From assembly GCA_963771175.1 (NCBI GenBank), contig CAVYSY010000039.1, forward strand, positions 96,001 to 160,000: a stretch of 64,000 nucleotides of DNA, given 5' to 3'. The number at the start of each line of letters is the position of its first letter. Within the stretch, counting starts at the first letter, position 1. This DNA is from an uncultured delta proteobacterium (GTDB lineage: Bacteria; Myxococcota; Myxococcia; Myxococcales; Myxococcaceae). Shown in pieces: positions 54,210-64,000 of the stretch. The position numbers were made by a program, and so were the translations under genes. The notes under the pieces were generated by a model. That model made no database searches. It saw only the letters and a program-made list of their open reading frames with translations, and was not told the origin of the DNA.

Positions 54210-57200
54210 TCAACTCCCCGTGAGCCGAGGCTCCTCGCCCTCGACGGGGGTGCCCTCTCCACCGGAGCCCGAGCCCCTGCCGCGCCGCCCCAGCCGAGCC
54301 TTCATCCGGTCCGCCACCACGTAGAAGGCGGGCACCACCAGGAGGCTGAGCACGGTGGAGACGGAGAGGCCGCCCAGCACGGCCACGGACATGGGGGCGC
54401 GCGTCTCGCTGCCGGCGCCCAGCGCGAGCACCGCCGGCACCGCCGCCATCATCGTGGCCAGCGACGTCATGAGGATGGGCCGCAGGCGCACCGGACCCGC
54501 CCGCTGCATGGCCTCCACCGCGTCCGCGCCCTGCTCGCGTTGCTGCAGCGCGTAGTCCACCAGGATGATGGAGTTCTTCTTCACGATGCCCATCAGCAGC
54601 AGCAGGCCGATCATGCTGAAGATGTTGAGCGTCGTGTTGGTGCCCCACATCGCGAAGGCCGCCCCCGCCACCGACAGCGGGAGGATGGTGAGCACCGTGA
54701 CGGGGTGGAGGAACGAGTTGAACTGCGAGGCCAGCACCATGTAGGCCACCCCGATGCCCAGGAAGAGGGCGAAGAGGAGGCTCTCCATGGACTCCTGGAA
54801 GGCCACGCTGGAGCCGCCCAACACCACGCGGGTGCCGCCGGGCAGCTCCTTCGCCAGCCTCTGCACCGTCTCCAGCGCATCCTGCTGGGTGGCGCCGGGG
54901 GCCACGTTGGCGAAGATGCTGATGGCGCGCTCACGATCCTTGCGGGTGATGGCCTGGAGCGCCGGACGCTCCTCCTGCGTCACCAGCGAGGACAGCGGCA
55001 CCAGCTCGCCCGAGCCCGTGCGCACCTTCAGCATCGACAGGTCCTCCGGTCGCGAGCGCTGGTCCTTCAAGAGGCGCAGTCGCACGTCGATGCGGCGCCC
55101 GCCGGTGCTGTACTTGCCCACGCGCACCCCGCCCACCAGGGCGTTGAGGGTGGTGCCCACCGTCTCCATGGACACGCCCAGGTCCGCGGCACGCGCCCGG
55201 TCCGGGGTGATGCGCAGCTCCGGCATGCCGAGCTGGTAGTCCGTGTCCACGTCCACCACCTTGCCGCTCGTCTGGAGCTGCTCGCGCATCTCCGTGCTGG
55301 ACTCGATGAGCCGCTCCCAGTCCGAGCCGCGCACGCTGAACTCCACCGGGAAGCCCCGCGAGGCCGAGAAGCCGCTCTGCGACTGGTCCATCACCACCGC
55401 GCGCAGGCCCGGGTACGAGTTGAGCTCCTTGCGGATGACCTGATTGAACTCGGACATCGTCATGCGCTCGTCCGGCGGCACCAGGGTGACGAACAGCATG
55501 CCGCCGTTCACCCCGCTCCCGCCGCCGCCCACCACCGCGAACAGACGCGTCACCTCGGGCCGGTTGCGGAGGAACTCCTCGGCCCGCAGGAAGAGCCGAT
55601 CCGTCTCCTCCACGGTGCTGCCCACCGCCGTCTGCAGCCGCACCATGACGCGGCCCTGGTCCTGCGAGGGGACGAACTCGCTGGACAGGCTCTTGAAGGC
55701 GAAGCCGGACAGCGCCAGCAGCGCCACCGCGCCGCCGAGCACCCACCACGGCCGCTTCAGCCCCCAGGCCAGCACCTTCGCGTAGCGCTGCTCCAGCCAC
55801 GAGAAGGCCCGGTCCACGGCCAGTCCCACCGCGCTGCGGCCCTCTCGGCCCGTCTTGAGGAGCTGCGCGCACCGCGCCGGCGCCAGGGTGATGGCCTCCA
55901 CGTAGGACAGCATCACCGCCACGCACAGCGTCACGCCGAACTGGAGGAAGAACTTGCCGATGATCCCCTTCATGAAGATGACGGGGAGGAAGATGGCCAC
56001 CACCGCCAGCGTGGCCGCCAGGGCCGCGAAGGTGATCTCCTGCGTGCCCTCGCGCGCCGCGCGCACCCGCTCCTTCCCCTCTTCCGCGTGCCGGAAGATG
56101 TTCTCCATCACCATGATGGCGTCATCCACCACGATGCCCACCGCCAGCGACAGGCCCAGCAGCGTGAAGGTGTTGAGGGTGAAGCCCAGGAAGTAGATGA
56201 CCGCCACCGTGCCCAACAGCGACATCGGGATGGCGAGGATCACGTTGAGCGTGCTGGAGAGCGAGCCGAGGAACGCCCAGCACACCAGCGCCGTCAGGAT
56301 GCAGGCCAGCAGCAGCTCGAACTCGATCTCGTGGACGCTCTCCTCGATGAACTGGGTGGAGTCGAAGTTGACGCCCAGATCCATGCCCTCGGGCGCGGTC
56401 TTCTGCAGCTCGGCCAGCTTCTCGCGCACGCCCTGGGCCACGGCCACCGCGTTGGCGCCACGCTGCTTGCGGATGCCGAGGCCCTGGGCAGGCTCCCCAT
56501 TGACGCGGGCCATGCGGCGCAGGTCCTCGAAGCCGTCCTCCACCAGCGCCACGTCGGACAGGTAGACGGGGGCACCGTCCCCCTGCCGGATCACCAGTCG
56601 GCGCAGCGTCTCCAGATCCAACGCCTCGCCCATGACGCGGACGTTGACCTCACGGCCCTCCGTCTCGATGCGGCCCGCGGGCAGCTCCACGTGCTCGCGC
56701 CGCAGCGCATTGGTGAGATCCGTGACGGTGAGCCCGCGCGCGTCCAGCTTCTGGGCGTCCACCCAGATGCGCACGTTGCGATCCAGCGAGCCGCCCAGCG
56801 TCACCTCGCCCACGCCCGGCACCGTCTGCAGCACCTCCTTCACCCGGTAGCGGGTGAAGTCGGAGATGAACTGCCGGGAGAAGGGCCCGGACACGCCCAG
56901 CCACAGGATGGGCTGATCCTCCGGGTTGCTCTTGGAGATGACGGGCGGATCGATGTCCCTCGGCAGCCGCCGCTGGGCCTGGCTCACCTTGGACGTCACG
57001 TCCTGCAGCGCCTGATCCACGTCGCGCGACAGATCCAGCTCCACGGAGATGCTGCCACCGCCCTGGCTCGCGCGGGAGGTGATGGACTTGACGCCCTCCA
57101 CCTGCATCACCGATTCCTCGATCGGCTCGATGATGTCGCTCTCCACCGCCTCCGGCGAGGCCCCCTCCCACGTCACGTTGACGCTGATGACGGGGTAGTC

Positions 57201-57320
57201 CACGTCCGGCATCTGGCTGATGCCGATGCGCTGGGCCGCCACCAGGCCGAAGACGATGGTGCCCGCCATCAGCATCCAGGCGAAGACGGGCTTCTTGATG
57301 CAGGCCTCGGTGATGTTCAT
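54210..57320 (-). CDS. RND efflux permease (AcrB/MdtB-like)
   Basis: 1036 aa; GIVVDDAI, GIVKKNSIILVD, RLRPILMTS. Confidence 0.95.
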   Translation of the reverse strand: MNITEACIKKPVFAWMLMAGTIVFGLVAAQRIGISQMPDVDYPVISVNVTWEGASPEAVESDIIEPIEESVMQVEGVKSITSRASQGGGSISVELDLSRDVDQALQDVTSKVSQAQRRLPRDIDPPVISKSNPEDQPILWLGVSGPFSRQFISDFTRYRVKEVLQTVPGVGEVTLGGSLDRNVRIWVDAQKLDARGLTVTDLTNALRREHVELPAGRIETEGREVNVRVMGEALDLETLRRLVIRQGDGAPVYLSDVALVEDGFEDLRRMARVNGEPAQGLGIRKQRGANAVAVAQGVREKLAELQKTAPEGMDLGVNFDSTQFIEESVHEIEFELLLACILTALVCWAFLGSLSSTLNVILAIPMSLLGTVAVIYFLGFTLNTFTLLGLSLAVGIVVDDAIMVMENIFRHAEEGKERVRAAREGTQEITFAALAATLAVVAIFLPVIFMKGIIGKFFLQFGVTLCVAVMLSYVEAITLAPARCAQLLKTGREGRSAVGLAVDRAFSWLEQRYAKVLAWGLKRPWWVLGGAVALLALSGFAFKSLSSEFVPSQDQGRVMVRLQTAVGSTVEETDRLFLRAEEFLRNRPEVTRLFAVVGGGGSGVNGGMLFVTLVPPDERMTMSEFNQVIRKELNSYPGLRAVVMDQSQSGFSASRGFPVEFSVRGSDWERLIESSTEMREQLQTSGKVVDVDTDYQLGMPELRITPDRARAADLGVSMETVGTTLNALVGGVRVGKYSTGGRRIDVRLRLLKDQRSRPEDLSMLKVRTGSGELVPLSSLVTQEERPALQAITRKDRERAISIFANVAPGATQQDALETVQRLAKELPGGTRVVLGGSSVAFQESMESLLFALFLGIGVAYMVLASQFNSFLHPVTVLTILPLSVAGAAFAMWGTNTTLNIFSMIGLLLLMGIVKKNSIILVDYALQQREQGADAVEAMQRAGPVRLRPILMTSLATMMAAVPAVLALGAGSETRAPMSVAVLGGLSVSTVLSLLVVPAFYVVADRMKARLGRRGRGSGSGGEGTPVEGEEPRLTGS

Positions 57321-58531
57321 CGAGCGGCACCCCCGTTGGCGGCGTCCGCCTCGCGGCGAGGCTCACCCGTGAACGCGGGCTTGGGGCCCTCGGCGATACG
57401 CACCGAGGCGCCATCCTTCAGCGCCTCGCCGCCACGCACCACCAACTGCTCTCCGGGCTTCAGCCCCTCGCGCACCTCCACCAGCCCGTCCGCCGTGCGC
57501 AGGCCGAGATCCACCACGCGCTCGCGCGCCTTGCCGTCCTCCACCACGAAGGCCAGGAAGCCGCGCTCGCTGGGGCGCACCGCCGTCTGGGGGATGACCG
57601 GGGCCCCCTGGGCCGTCTCCACCGGCACCGACACCGTGGCGAAGGACCCCGGCCGCAGCGCCTGGGCCTCCTTCCCTCCCACCTCCGCCGTCACCTTCAC
57701 CATGCGGCTCGACGGATCCGCCGCGTCCGCCACGTAGGTGATGCGACCCGTGTACGTGCGCCCATCCGATCGCACCGTGAAGCGCGCCGGCATCCCCGGC
57801 TTCAGCCGCGTCACGTCCGCCTCGGCCACGGTGAAGCGCAGCAGCAGTGGATCCCGCCGCAGCAGCGTCGCCATCACCGTGCCCGGCTGCACGTACTGCC
57901 CCGTCTGCACCGTGCGCGTCTGCAGCACCCCGTCCATGGGCGTCTTCACGTAGGCGTCGCGCAGGTTCAGCTCGGCCTGCTCCAACGCCGCCTTCGCCGC
58001 GCTGGCATCCGCCGCCGCCGTGCGCGCCCGCGCCTGGGCGGTGTCGAGCTGCTCGGCCGGCAACAGGCCCGGGCGCTCCTCGTTGGCCGCCGTGCGCCGC
58101 CCGGAGGCCGCCTCCGCCTCGGCCTTCACCGCCTGCGCCTTCTCCAGCGCCGCCTGCGCCGCGCGCACCGCGATGCTGTAGCGCGTGGGCTCGATCTCCG
58201 CGAGCACCTCGCCCTTCTTCACCGACTGGCCCTCCATGAAGCGCACCTGCTCCACCACGCCCGCCACGCGCGCGGTGATCTGCACCTGCTCGAAGGCCTC
58301 CACCGAGCCCACCGCGGAGACGACGTACTCCACGTCGCGCGCCTCCACGGGCGCCACCTCCACCGGGAACTGCACCGGGCCGCGGCCTCCCCTGCCCCCC
58401 GCCCCACCCTGCGCGCCGGGCGCACCCGCGCCACCCTTGCCCGCGGGAGCGGCCCCACCCGCCTGCTTGCCACACCCCGCCCCCAGGGCGAGCACGGCCC
58501 CCAGCGCCATCGTCACGACACGCGTCTTCAC
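57317..58531 (-). CDS. RND periplasmic adaptor (MFP) lipoprotein
   Basis: GSVEAFEQVQITARVAGVV, EGQSVKKGEVLAEI, LRPGSF, GLKPGEQLVVRG. Confidence 0.93.
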   Translation of the reverse strand: MKTRVVTMALGAVLALGAGCGKQAGGAAPAGKGGAGAPGAQGGAGGRGGRGPVQFPVEVAPVEARDVEYVVSAVGSVEAFEQVQITARVAGVVEQVRFMEGQSVKKGEVLAEIEPTRYSIAVRAAQAALEKAQAVKAEAEAASGRRTAANEERPGLLPAEQLDTAQARARTAAADASAAKAALEQAELNLRDAYVKTPMDGVLQTRTVQTGQYVQPGTVMATLLRRDPLLLRFTVAEADVTRLKPGMPARFTVRSDGRTYTGRITYVADAADPSSRMVKVTAEVGGKEAQALRPGSFATVSVPVETAQGAPVIPQTAVRPSERGFLAFVVEDGKARERVVDLGLRTADGLVEVREGLKPGEQLVVRGGEALKDGASVRIAEGPKPAFTGEPRREADAANGGAAR

Positions 58532-59885
58532 TTACGGCTCCTTCCCCAGCGGATCGAGTCCCACGGCGGCCCGCAGACTCCAGCAGCGCGGTCCCCAATG
58601 CATACCGAGCCCGGGCCAGTGCCACCTCGGCCTCGAACTGCCTCACCTGCGCATCACTCAACGACAACGACGAGGCAATCCCCTGGCGATAGAGGATGCT
58701 GGTCTCCTGCGCGTTCTGGCGCGCGGCCCTGACGGCCACCTCGTTGAGCGCCAGGGCGGACTGGGAGGTGCGCAGCGCCACCCGCGCGCGATCCACCGCC
58801 ACGTCCACCCGCCGCGTGCGCGCCGTCGCCTCGAGCTCCAGGGCACGCGCCAGGGCGAGCCGCTCCCGGCGATCCGCGTAGCGCTCGCCGCCGTCGAAGA
58901 CGTTCCAGACGAGGTCGATGCCGAAGAAGCCGTCGAAGTTGCGGCCGGCGAGGCCCGCCTCGTTGGTGTAGCGGTACTGGCCGCTGGCACTCAGGGCCGG
59001 GAACAGCCGGGCGAGCGGCTCGCGTGCGAGGGCCTCCTGGGCCTCCACCCGCAGCTTCGCGGAGAGGATGTCCGGGCGGCGCTCCTCGGCCTTGTCGGCC
59101 AGCCCCACGAAGGAGTCCACGGGGCGCGAGGCCTCGGAGAGCAGCGTCTCGGGCGCGGCCAGCGGGCCCTCCACGGGCGCCACCAGCAGGTAGCCCAGCT
59201 CCAGGCGGCTCGTCTCGGCCTGGCCCACCGACTCGGCGAGCTGGGACTCCGCGCTGGCCACGTCCAGCTCCGCGCGCGTCACGTCATTGGTGCTGGCCAG
59301 CCCCGCTCGGGCCCGGGCCCGCGCCTCCTCGAGGGATTGGCGGGCGAAGGCGAGCCGACGCTCCGAGGCCTCGGCCACCTGCTGGGAGCCCAGCGTGGCG
59401 AGGAAGGCATTGGCGGCCTGGAAGCCCACCTGCCGGCGAGCCTCCACCGCGTCCAGCGCCGTCGCCTCGCTGTCCCTCTTCGCGGCCTGGTAGAGCGGGA
59501 AGCCGCGCGCGTCGAAGAGCGCGATGCGGGCGATGGCCGTGCCTCCGAGGGCATTCCGCGCCTGCACCACCACCTCCTGATCGCCCACCAACCGCGTCGT
59601 CTCCCTCGGGCGGCGCGTATAGGCGCCGGTGAGGGTGAGCCTCGGAAAGAAGAAGGCACGGGCACGCGCCACGCGGGCCTGGGCGGCCTCGGCGCGGGCC
59701 TGGGCCGACAGCGCGCTCTCGTTCTGCGAGGTCGCGAGCGCCACCGCGCGCTCCAGCGTCAGCGACTCCCCCTCCGCGGCGACGGGCCGTGGGGCGGGGC
59801 TCGGCTCCTGGGCGCTCGCGACAGGCGCACATAGGATGAGCCAGGCACACATGGGGACGACAACGGCGACTCGGATCAAGGGCAT
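58532..59885 (-). CDS. TolC-family outer membrane efflux protein (frameshift near the 3' end)
   Basis: LTLERAVALA, ARAFFFPRLTL, RRPDI, WNVFDGG; first gene of the RND operon. Confidence 0.9.
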
Positions 59886-60064
59886 GTTCGTGCGAGAGGG
59901 GGTGCGATCCGGGGGAAAGGCCAGCGGGCAGCTATAGCGGAGAGGGGGAGCGCCCGGCCACGGGAACCTTGGGGCTGTCTGGACGCTCATCGCACATCGG
60001 GCTAATGGTGGGACGGACGAAGACTTTTCACGTCGGGCGCGGCGCGCCCGGGAATCCTCGAATC

Positions 60065-61994
60065 ATGCGTTTATTCCTGGTGGCGGTAGGAATGTTGGCG
60101 CTGTCCGGCTGCAGTCGCGGAGACGCGACCGACGAAGGAGCCGTGCGCGTGGAGGTCTTCTACGCGACGTTCCGCCCCGGGTGCCTGACGGTGACGGCAC
60201 TGGACGAGGCGGATGCGAGTCGCACCGAGACGCAGCAGCTCCCGGTGGACGAGCGGCGCAGCGACGACCGGACGGTGGCGGTGTTCCGCAAGGCGGACTG
60301 GAGCCGCAACCTCCGGGTGACGGCGAGCGCGCGAGAGGGCTCGTGCTCGGGGCCGGAGGTGGCCTCGAGCTCGCAGGTGGTCGAGATCCCCGAGAAGGGC
60401 GCCACGCTGGCGTACCTGGACTTGCGCGCGCAGGACCTGGACGGGGACGGCTTCGTCTCGGCGAGTGCGTCCGGCGGAAAGGGCACGGACTGCGACGACG
60501 ACGATGCCCGCGCCTACCCCGGCGCCACGGAGACGTGCAACGGCAAGGACAGCAACTGCTCCGGAAGCGAGGACGATGCCGTCGACAAGCGCGGCTACTA
60601 CGTGGACGCGGACGGGGACGGGTACGGCAACGCGCTGCAGGTGGTGCGCGCCTGCACGCAGCCCTCGGGCGCGGTGTCGGAGGCCGGGGACTGCCACGAT
60701 GGGAACAAGACCGTCCACCCGGCTCTGGCCGAGCTGCTCTGCGACGGGCAGGACGAGGACTGCGACGGCACGGCGGACGATGACTTCCGCCCGGGCTCGA
60801 CCTGCGAGACGGAGCTCGGCTGCGCGGGCACGCGCGCCTGCGCGGAGGATGGGTCATCGGCCGTGTGCGTCAGCACGCAGTCGCCCATGGAGTGGTTCGT
60901 GGACCAGGACGGGGACGGGCGCTACGGCACGAGCGTGGGCCTCTCCTGCAAGACGCAGCCGGATGCGAAGACCCTGAAGGACGACTGCGACGAGAGCTCG
61001 CGCTTCCTCGGCGGCGCCGAGGTGTGCGACCGGCTGGACAACAACTGCGATGGCAGCGTGGACGAGGGCGGCGTCTGCCCCGGCAGCCCGTGGAACGCGC
61101 GGAGCGTGCTCGGCGGGGACGCGACGTGGGAGGCGGTGACGACCTACGGCCTGGGCAAGGCATGGCTCGCGGGCACCGGCGGCAGGCTCGCGCACGTGAA
61201 CGGCGCGACGGTGACGAATGTCGCCGGCTGCTCGGCGAACTGGAAGGCGGCGTGGGCGCGGCCGAGCGATGGGCGCGTCTTCCTCGGCTCCGGCGGACGG
61301 GTTGCTCGCCAGCACCACGAGCTCGGGCTCGGCATGTGCCACGGCCCCCGTGAGCGGGGTGACGAGCGGCATCAACGGCATGGTGGGCTTCGAGCGCTCC
61401 GGCGTCACCACCGTGTACGCGGTGACCAGTGGGGGCCAGGTGCTGCGCTGGGAGTGGCAGGGTGCATCGTCCTCCGCGCCGGTAGTGGCGGCCACGGTGC
61501 CGGCGAACCTGCGGAGCATCCACGGCCTGGGCGAGGGCACGCTGCTCGCCGTGGGCGCCGAAAGCTACGAACTCGAAGACAACACGGCCCTGCCCCGCGC
61601 CTTCCGCCTCGACATGGCGGCCTCGGGGAGTTGGAAGGCCGAGGACCTGCCGGCGGACGTCGGCACGGGCTTCCTGCGCGGCGTGTCGATGGTGGATGGC
61701 CGGCGGGCCTACGCGGTGGGCGATCGGGGCCTCGTGCTCGTGCGCGACAACGGGACGTGGAGCAGGCTGGCTTCGCCCGACGGCACGACGGACCTGGTGG
61801 ATGTGGTCGCCTTCGACCCCACCGTCGTCCTCGTCCTCTCCAAGAAGGCCAACACGTACCTCCACCGCTTCAATGGCACCGCCTGGTCCGAGCCCTTCCC
61901 CCAGGGCCAGACGCTCCTCTCGCTCGACGGCCGCGACCCACGGGAGCAGTGGGCCGCGGGACAGAGCGGGACCCTGGTGCACTGGGGCCCCTGA
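60065..61994 (+). CDS. Lipoprotein with MopE-type Cys/Asp metal-binding repeats and C-terminal beta-propeller (frameshift near 61295)
   Basis: Lipobox LSGC; DxDGDG, DCDD..YPGATETCNGKDSNC, EVCDRLDNNCDG; WAAG/AVGDRG blades. Confidence 0.8.
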
Positions 61995-62007
61995 GCCCCA
62001 GGGCGGC

Positions 62008-62706
62008 ATGGAGCTACGCGCGGACAGGCTGACGGTGCGACAGGGCGTGCGACCCGTGCTTCGGGACGTGGTCTGCACCCTTCCGCCCGGGAGCCGCGTG
62101 CTCGTGCTCGGGCGCGCGGGCGCGGGCAAGACGACGTTGTTCAAGGCGCTCGCGGGACTGGCGGCGCCGGCCAGCGGGCACGTCCTCTGGAATGGCGAGG
62201 ACGTGGCCGGAATGTCCCCCGCGCTGAAGCGCGCGCGTCAGGCGGCGTTCGGCATGGTGTTCCAGACGGACGCCCTCTTCGACTCGATGACGGTGCGCCG
62301 CAACGTGCTGCTGCCGCTGGAGCGTCGGCGCGTGCCCCGCGAGGAAGCGGAGGCGCGCGCGGACGAGGTGCTGCGGGCGGTGGGCCTCGCGGAGGCCGCG
62401 GACGCCCTGCCGGAGCGGCTGTCCGGGGGCATGCGCAAGCGAGCCGGCATCGCGCGCGCACTGGCGGCGAGGCCCTCGGTGCTGCTGGCGGATGATCCCT
62501 TCGCGGGATTGGATCCGGGCACGACGCGGCAGGTGGCGCGGGTGCTGCTGGAGGTGGCCGGGAGCGGCTCGCTGATCGTCGCCGCGCCCGAAGCTCCGCC
62601 GGAGCTCCCCCTGTCCCGCTGGCTGTACCTGAGCGACGGGCAGCTCCTGTACGACGGCCCGCCGGCTCCCGAGGTGGAGGCGTTGGCGGACGAGGCGCTG
62701 GCATGA
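62008..62706 (+). CDS. MlaF-like ABC ATP-binding protein with degenerate catalytic motifs
   Basis: GRAGAGKT, ALFDSMTV, LSGGMRKR; LADDP and VAAPE in place of DEP and TH. Confidence 0.85.
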   Translation: MELRADRLTVRQGVRPVLRDVVCTLPPGSRVLVLGRAGAGKTTLFKALAGLAAPASGHVLWNGEDVAGMSPALKRARQAAFGMVFQTDALFDSMTVRRNVLLPLERRRVPREEAEARADEVLRAVGLAEAADALPERLSGGMRKRAGIARALAARPSVLLADDPFAGLDPGTTRQVARVLLEVAGSGSLIVAAPEAPPELPLSRWLYLSDGQLLYDGPPAPEVEALADEALA

Positions 62707-63479
62707 GCCCGCTGAGCTGGCTCGGGCGGGAGGCGCTGGAAGCGGTGCGGGCCGCGGGGACACTGGCACTGGTGCTCGCGCGCACGGTGCTGGGACTGGC
62801 GCGGATGGATCGCCGCGAGCTGCTGCGAGGGCTGGCACAGTTCGGCTGGGGCTCGCTGCCGCTGACGCTGGCGACGGCGGCGCTGACGGGGGCGACGGTG
62901 GTGGTGCAGACGTCGCTATACGTGCAGCGCTTCGGAGCGAGAGCGGTGCTCGGGTGGGCGGCGGGGTACGCGGTGCTGTGGGAGTTCGGCCCGCTGCTGC
63001 TGGGGCTGGTGATGGCGGCGAGGCTGGGAGCGCGCAACGCGGCGGAGCTGGCGACGATGCAGGTGGGCGGGCAGCTCGAGGGCCTGCGCGGCATCGGGTT
63101 GGATCCGTTCGCGGTGCTGGTGGCCCCGCGCGTGGTGGCGATGACGGCGAGCGTGACGGGCCTGTCCGCCCTCTCCTTCCTGGTGGCCGTGCTCTTCGAG
63201 TCCGTGGCGGCCTACTTCACGCTGGCACTGCCGGTGCGCGTCTTCTTCGACGGCTTCGAGCACATGCTGCACCTCCGGGACATGCTGGCCGGAGTGTTGA
63301 AGTCGGGCGCCTTCGGGCTGGCCATCGCGCTGGTGTCCACGTCCGTGGGACTGCGGGCGCGAGGAGGCGCGCGGGCGGTGGGCCAGGCGGCGGCGGGCGC
63401 GGTGGTGCTGGGGTGTGCCGCCATCTTCCTGCTGGACTTCCTCCTCACCACCGTGCTGACGAAGCTGCTGCTGACGTAG
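62703..63479 (+). CDS. MlaE-family ABC permease
   Basis: GSLP, EFGPLL, AAELATMQVGGQLEGL..G.DP...LVAPR, GGARAVG. Confidence 0.9.
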   Translation: MSPLSWLGREALEAVRAAGTLALVLARTVLGLARMDRRELLRGLAQFGWGSLPLTLATAALTGATVVVQTSLYVQRFGARAVLGWAAGYAVLWEFGPLLLGLVMAARLGARNAAELATMQVGGQLEGLRGIGLDPFAVLVAPRVVAMTASVTGLSALSFLVAVLFESVAAYFTLALPVRVFFDGFEHMLHLRDMLAGVLKSGAFGLAIALVSTSVGLRARGGARAVGQAAAGAVVLGCAAIFLLDFLLTTVLTKLLLT

Positions 63480-63539
63480 AGCGCGGAATTCTGGAGAACA
63501 AGCGAGCGGAAGTCCTGGAACTCTCATAAAATCCCGGAC

Positions 63540-64000
63540 ATGTCCCGAGTCCTTTCCATCCGGAACATCGGTACCGCCGCGCTCGCCCTCCTCCTGGCCG
63601 CGACGTTCCCGTCATCCGCGGATGCCCAGAGCGCTCGGCCCCGGAGCCGCGCGACGAAGTCGAAGCAGCAGCGCGCCCCGGCGCGCCAGACGGATCTGCG
63701 CACATACCTGAACGCCGCCCTGCGCCTGTACGAGAGCCTCGAGTACGAGCGTGCGCTCGAGCAGCTCCGCCGCGCCCGGAACTACACGCGCAGCGTGGAG
63801 GACGACGTCACGGTGTCGCTCTTGGAGGGCATCATCCTGGCGGACCTTGGCCGGAGGGAGGATGCGATCGCGGCCTTCCGCACGGGACTGCTGCTGCGGC
63901 CAGACGCGGCGCTGCCGGTGAGGGTGTCGCCCAAGGTGGAGCGCGACGTCGAGACCGTGCGTGAGGGCGTGCGCCGCGAGCTGTCCACTCTGCAGGCGAA
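63540..64000 (+). CDS. Secreted TPR-like protein, partial (runs off the window; absent from the ORF track)
   Basis: ATG at 63540; signal peptide; LYESLEYERALEQL..GIILADLGR..AFRTGLLLRPDAALP..VSPKV. Confidence 0.75.
   Translation, partial: MSRVLSIRNIGTAALALLLAATFPSSADAQSARPRSRATKSKQQRAPARQTDLRTYLNAALRLYESLEYERALEQLRRARNYTRSVEDDVTVSLLEGIILADLGRREDAIAAFRTGLLLRPDAALPVRVSPKVERDVETVREGVRRELSTLQA

Noticed and set aside
54090..57737. 1215-aa plus-strand ORF and similar long antisense ORFs (for example 19803-22280, 28179-30410)
   Set aside because: Shadow frames opposite real genes, expected in high-GC DNA; no recognisable motifs.

Overview
This 64 kb window is high-GC chromosomal DNA, most consistent with a myxobacterium of the Archangium/Cystobacter type (inferred from gene content: a MYXO-CTERM-like tail, SitA-like lipoprotein toxins, DUF4388, Uma2). 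The conserved backbone is rluB-scpB-scpA-trpS, xerD, a Sua5/YciO-family gene, glnD, an amidase, HU, mutS, nhaA, an ABC1 kinase, an RND efflux operon and Mla-like ABC genes. Many genes, including essential ones, are broken by 1-bp indels clustered in blocks, which looks like sequencing error. Coordinates of those genes are reconstructed across frames. There are three accessory regions. (i) A DUF4011/SF1 helicase/Vsr-like nuclease resembling Hhe antiphage proteins. (ii) A region at about 33-40.7 kb with a papain-like orphan, a Kelch scrap, a DUF6310/DUF5953 lipoprotein toxin-immunity pair, IS66 and integrase remnants, and a tmRNA 3'-end att fragment abutting the mutS stop. (iii) A region at 46.8-49.7 kb with a lower-GC Nmad2-like gene, a 41-bp copy of a nearby gene and a SitA5-like AHH toxin with Imm11. 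Other leads are a surface operon (DUF2330, two NHL lipoproteins, a cytochrome P460-like lipoprotein), a PII-like/dual-antiporter module, and several apparent pseudo-enzymes. All family assignments come from motif recognition by eye; no searches were run.
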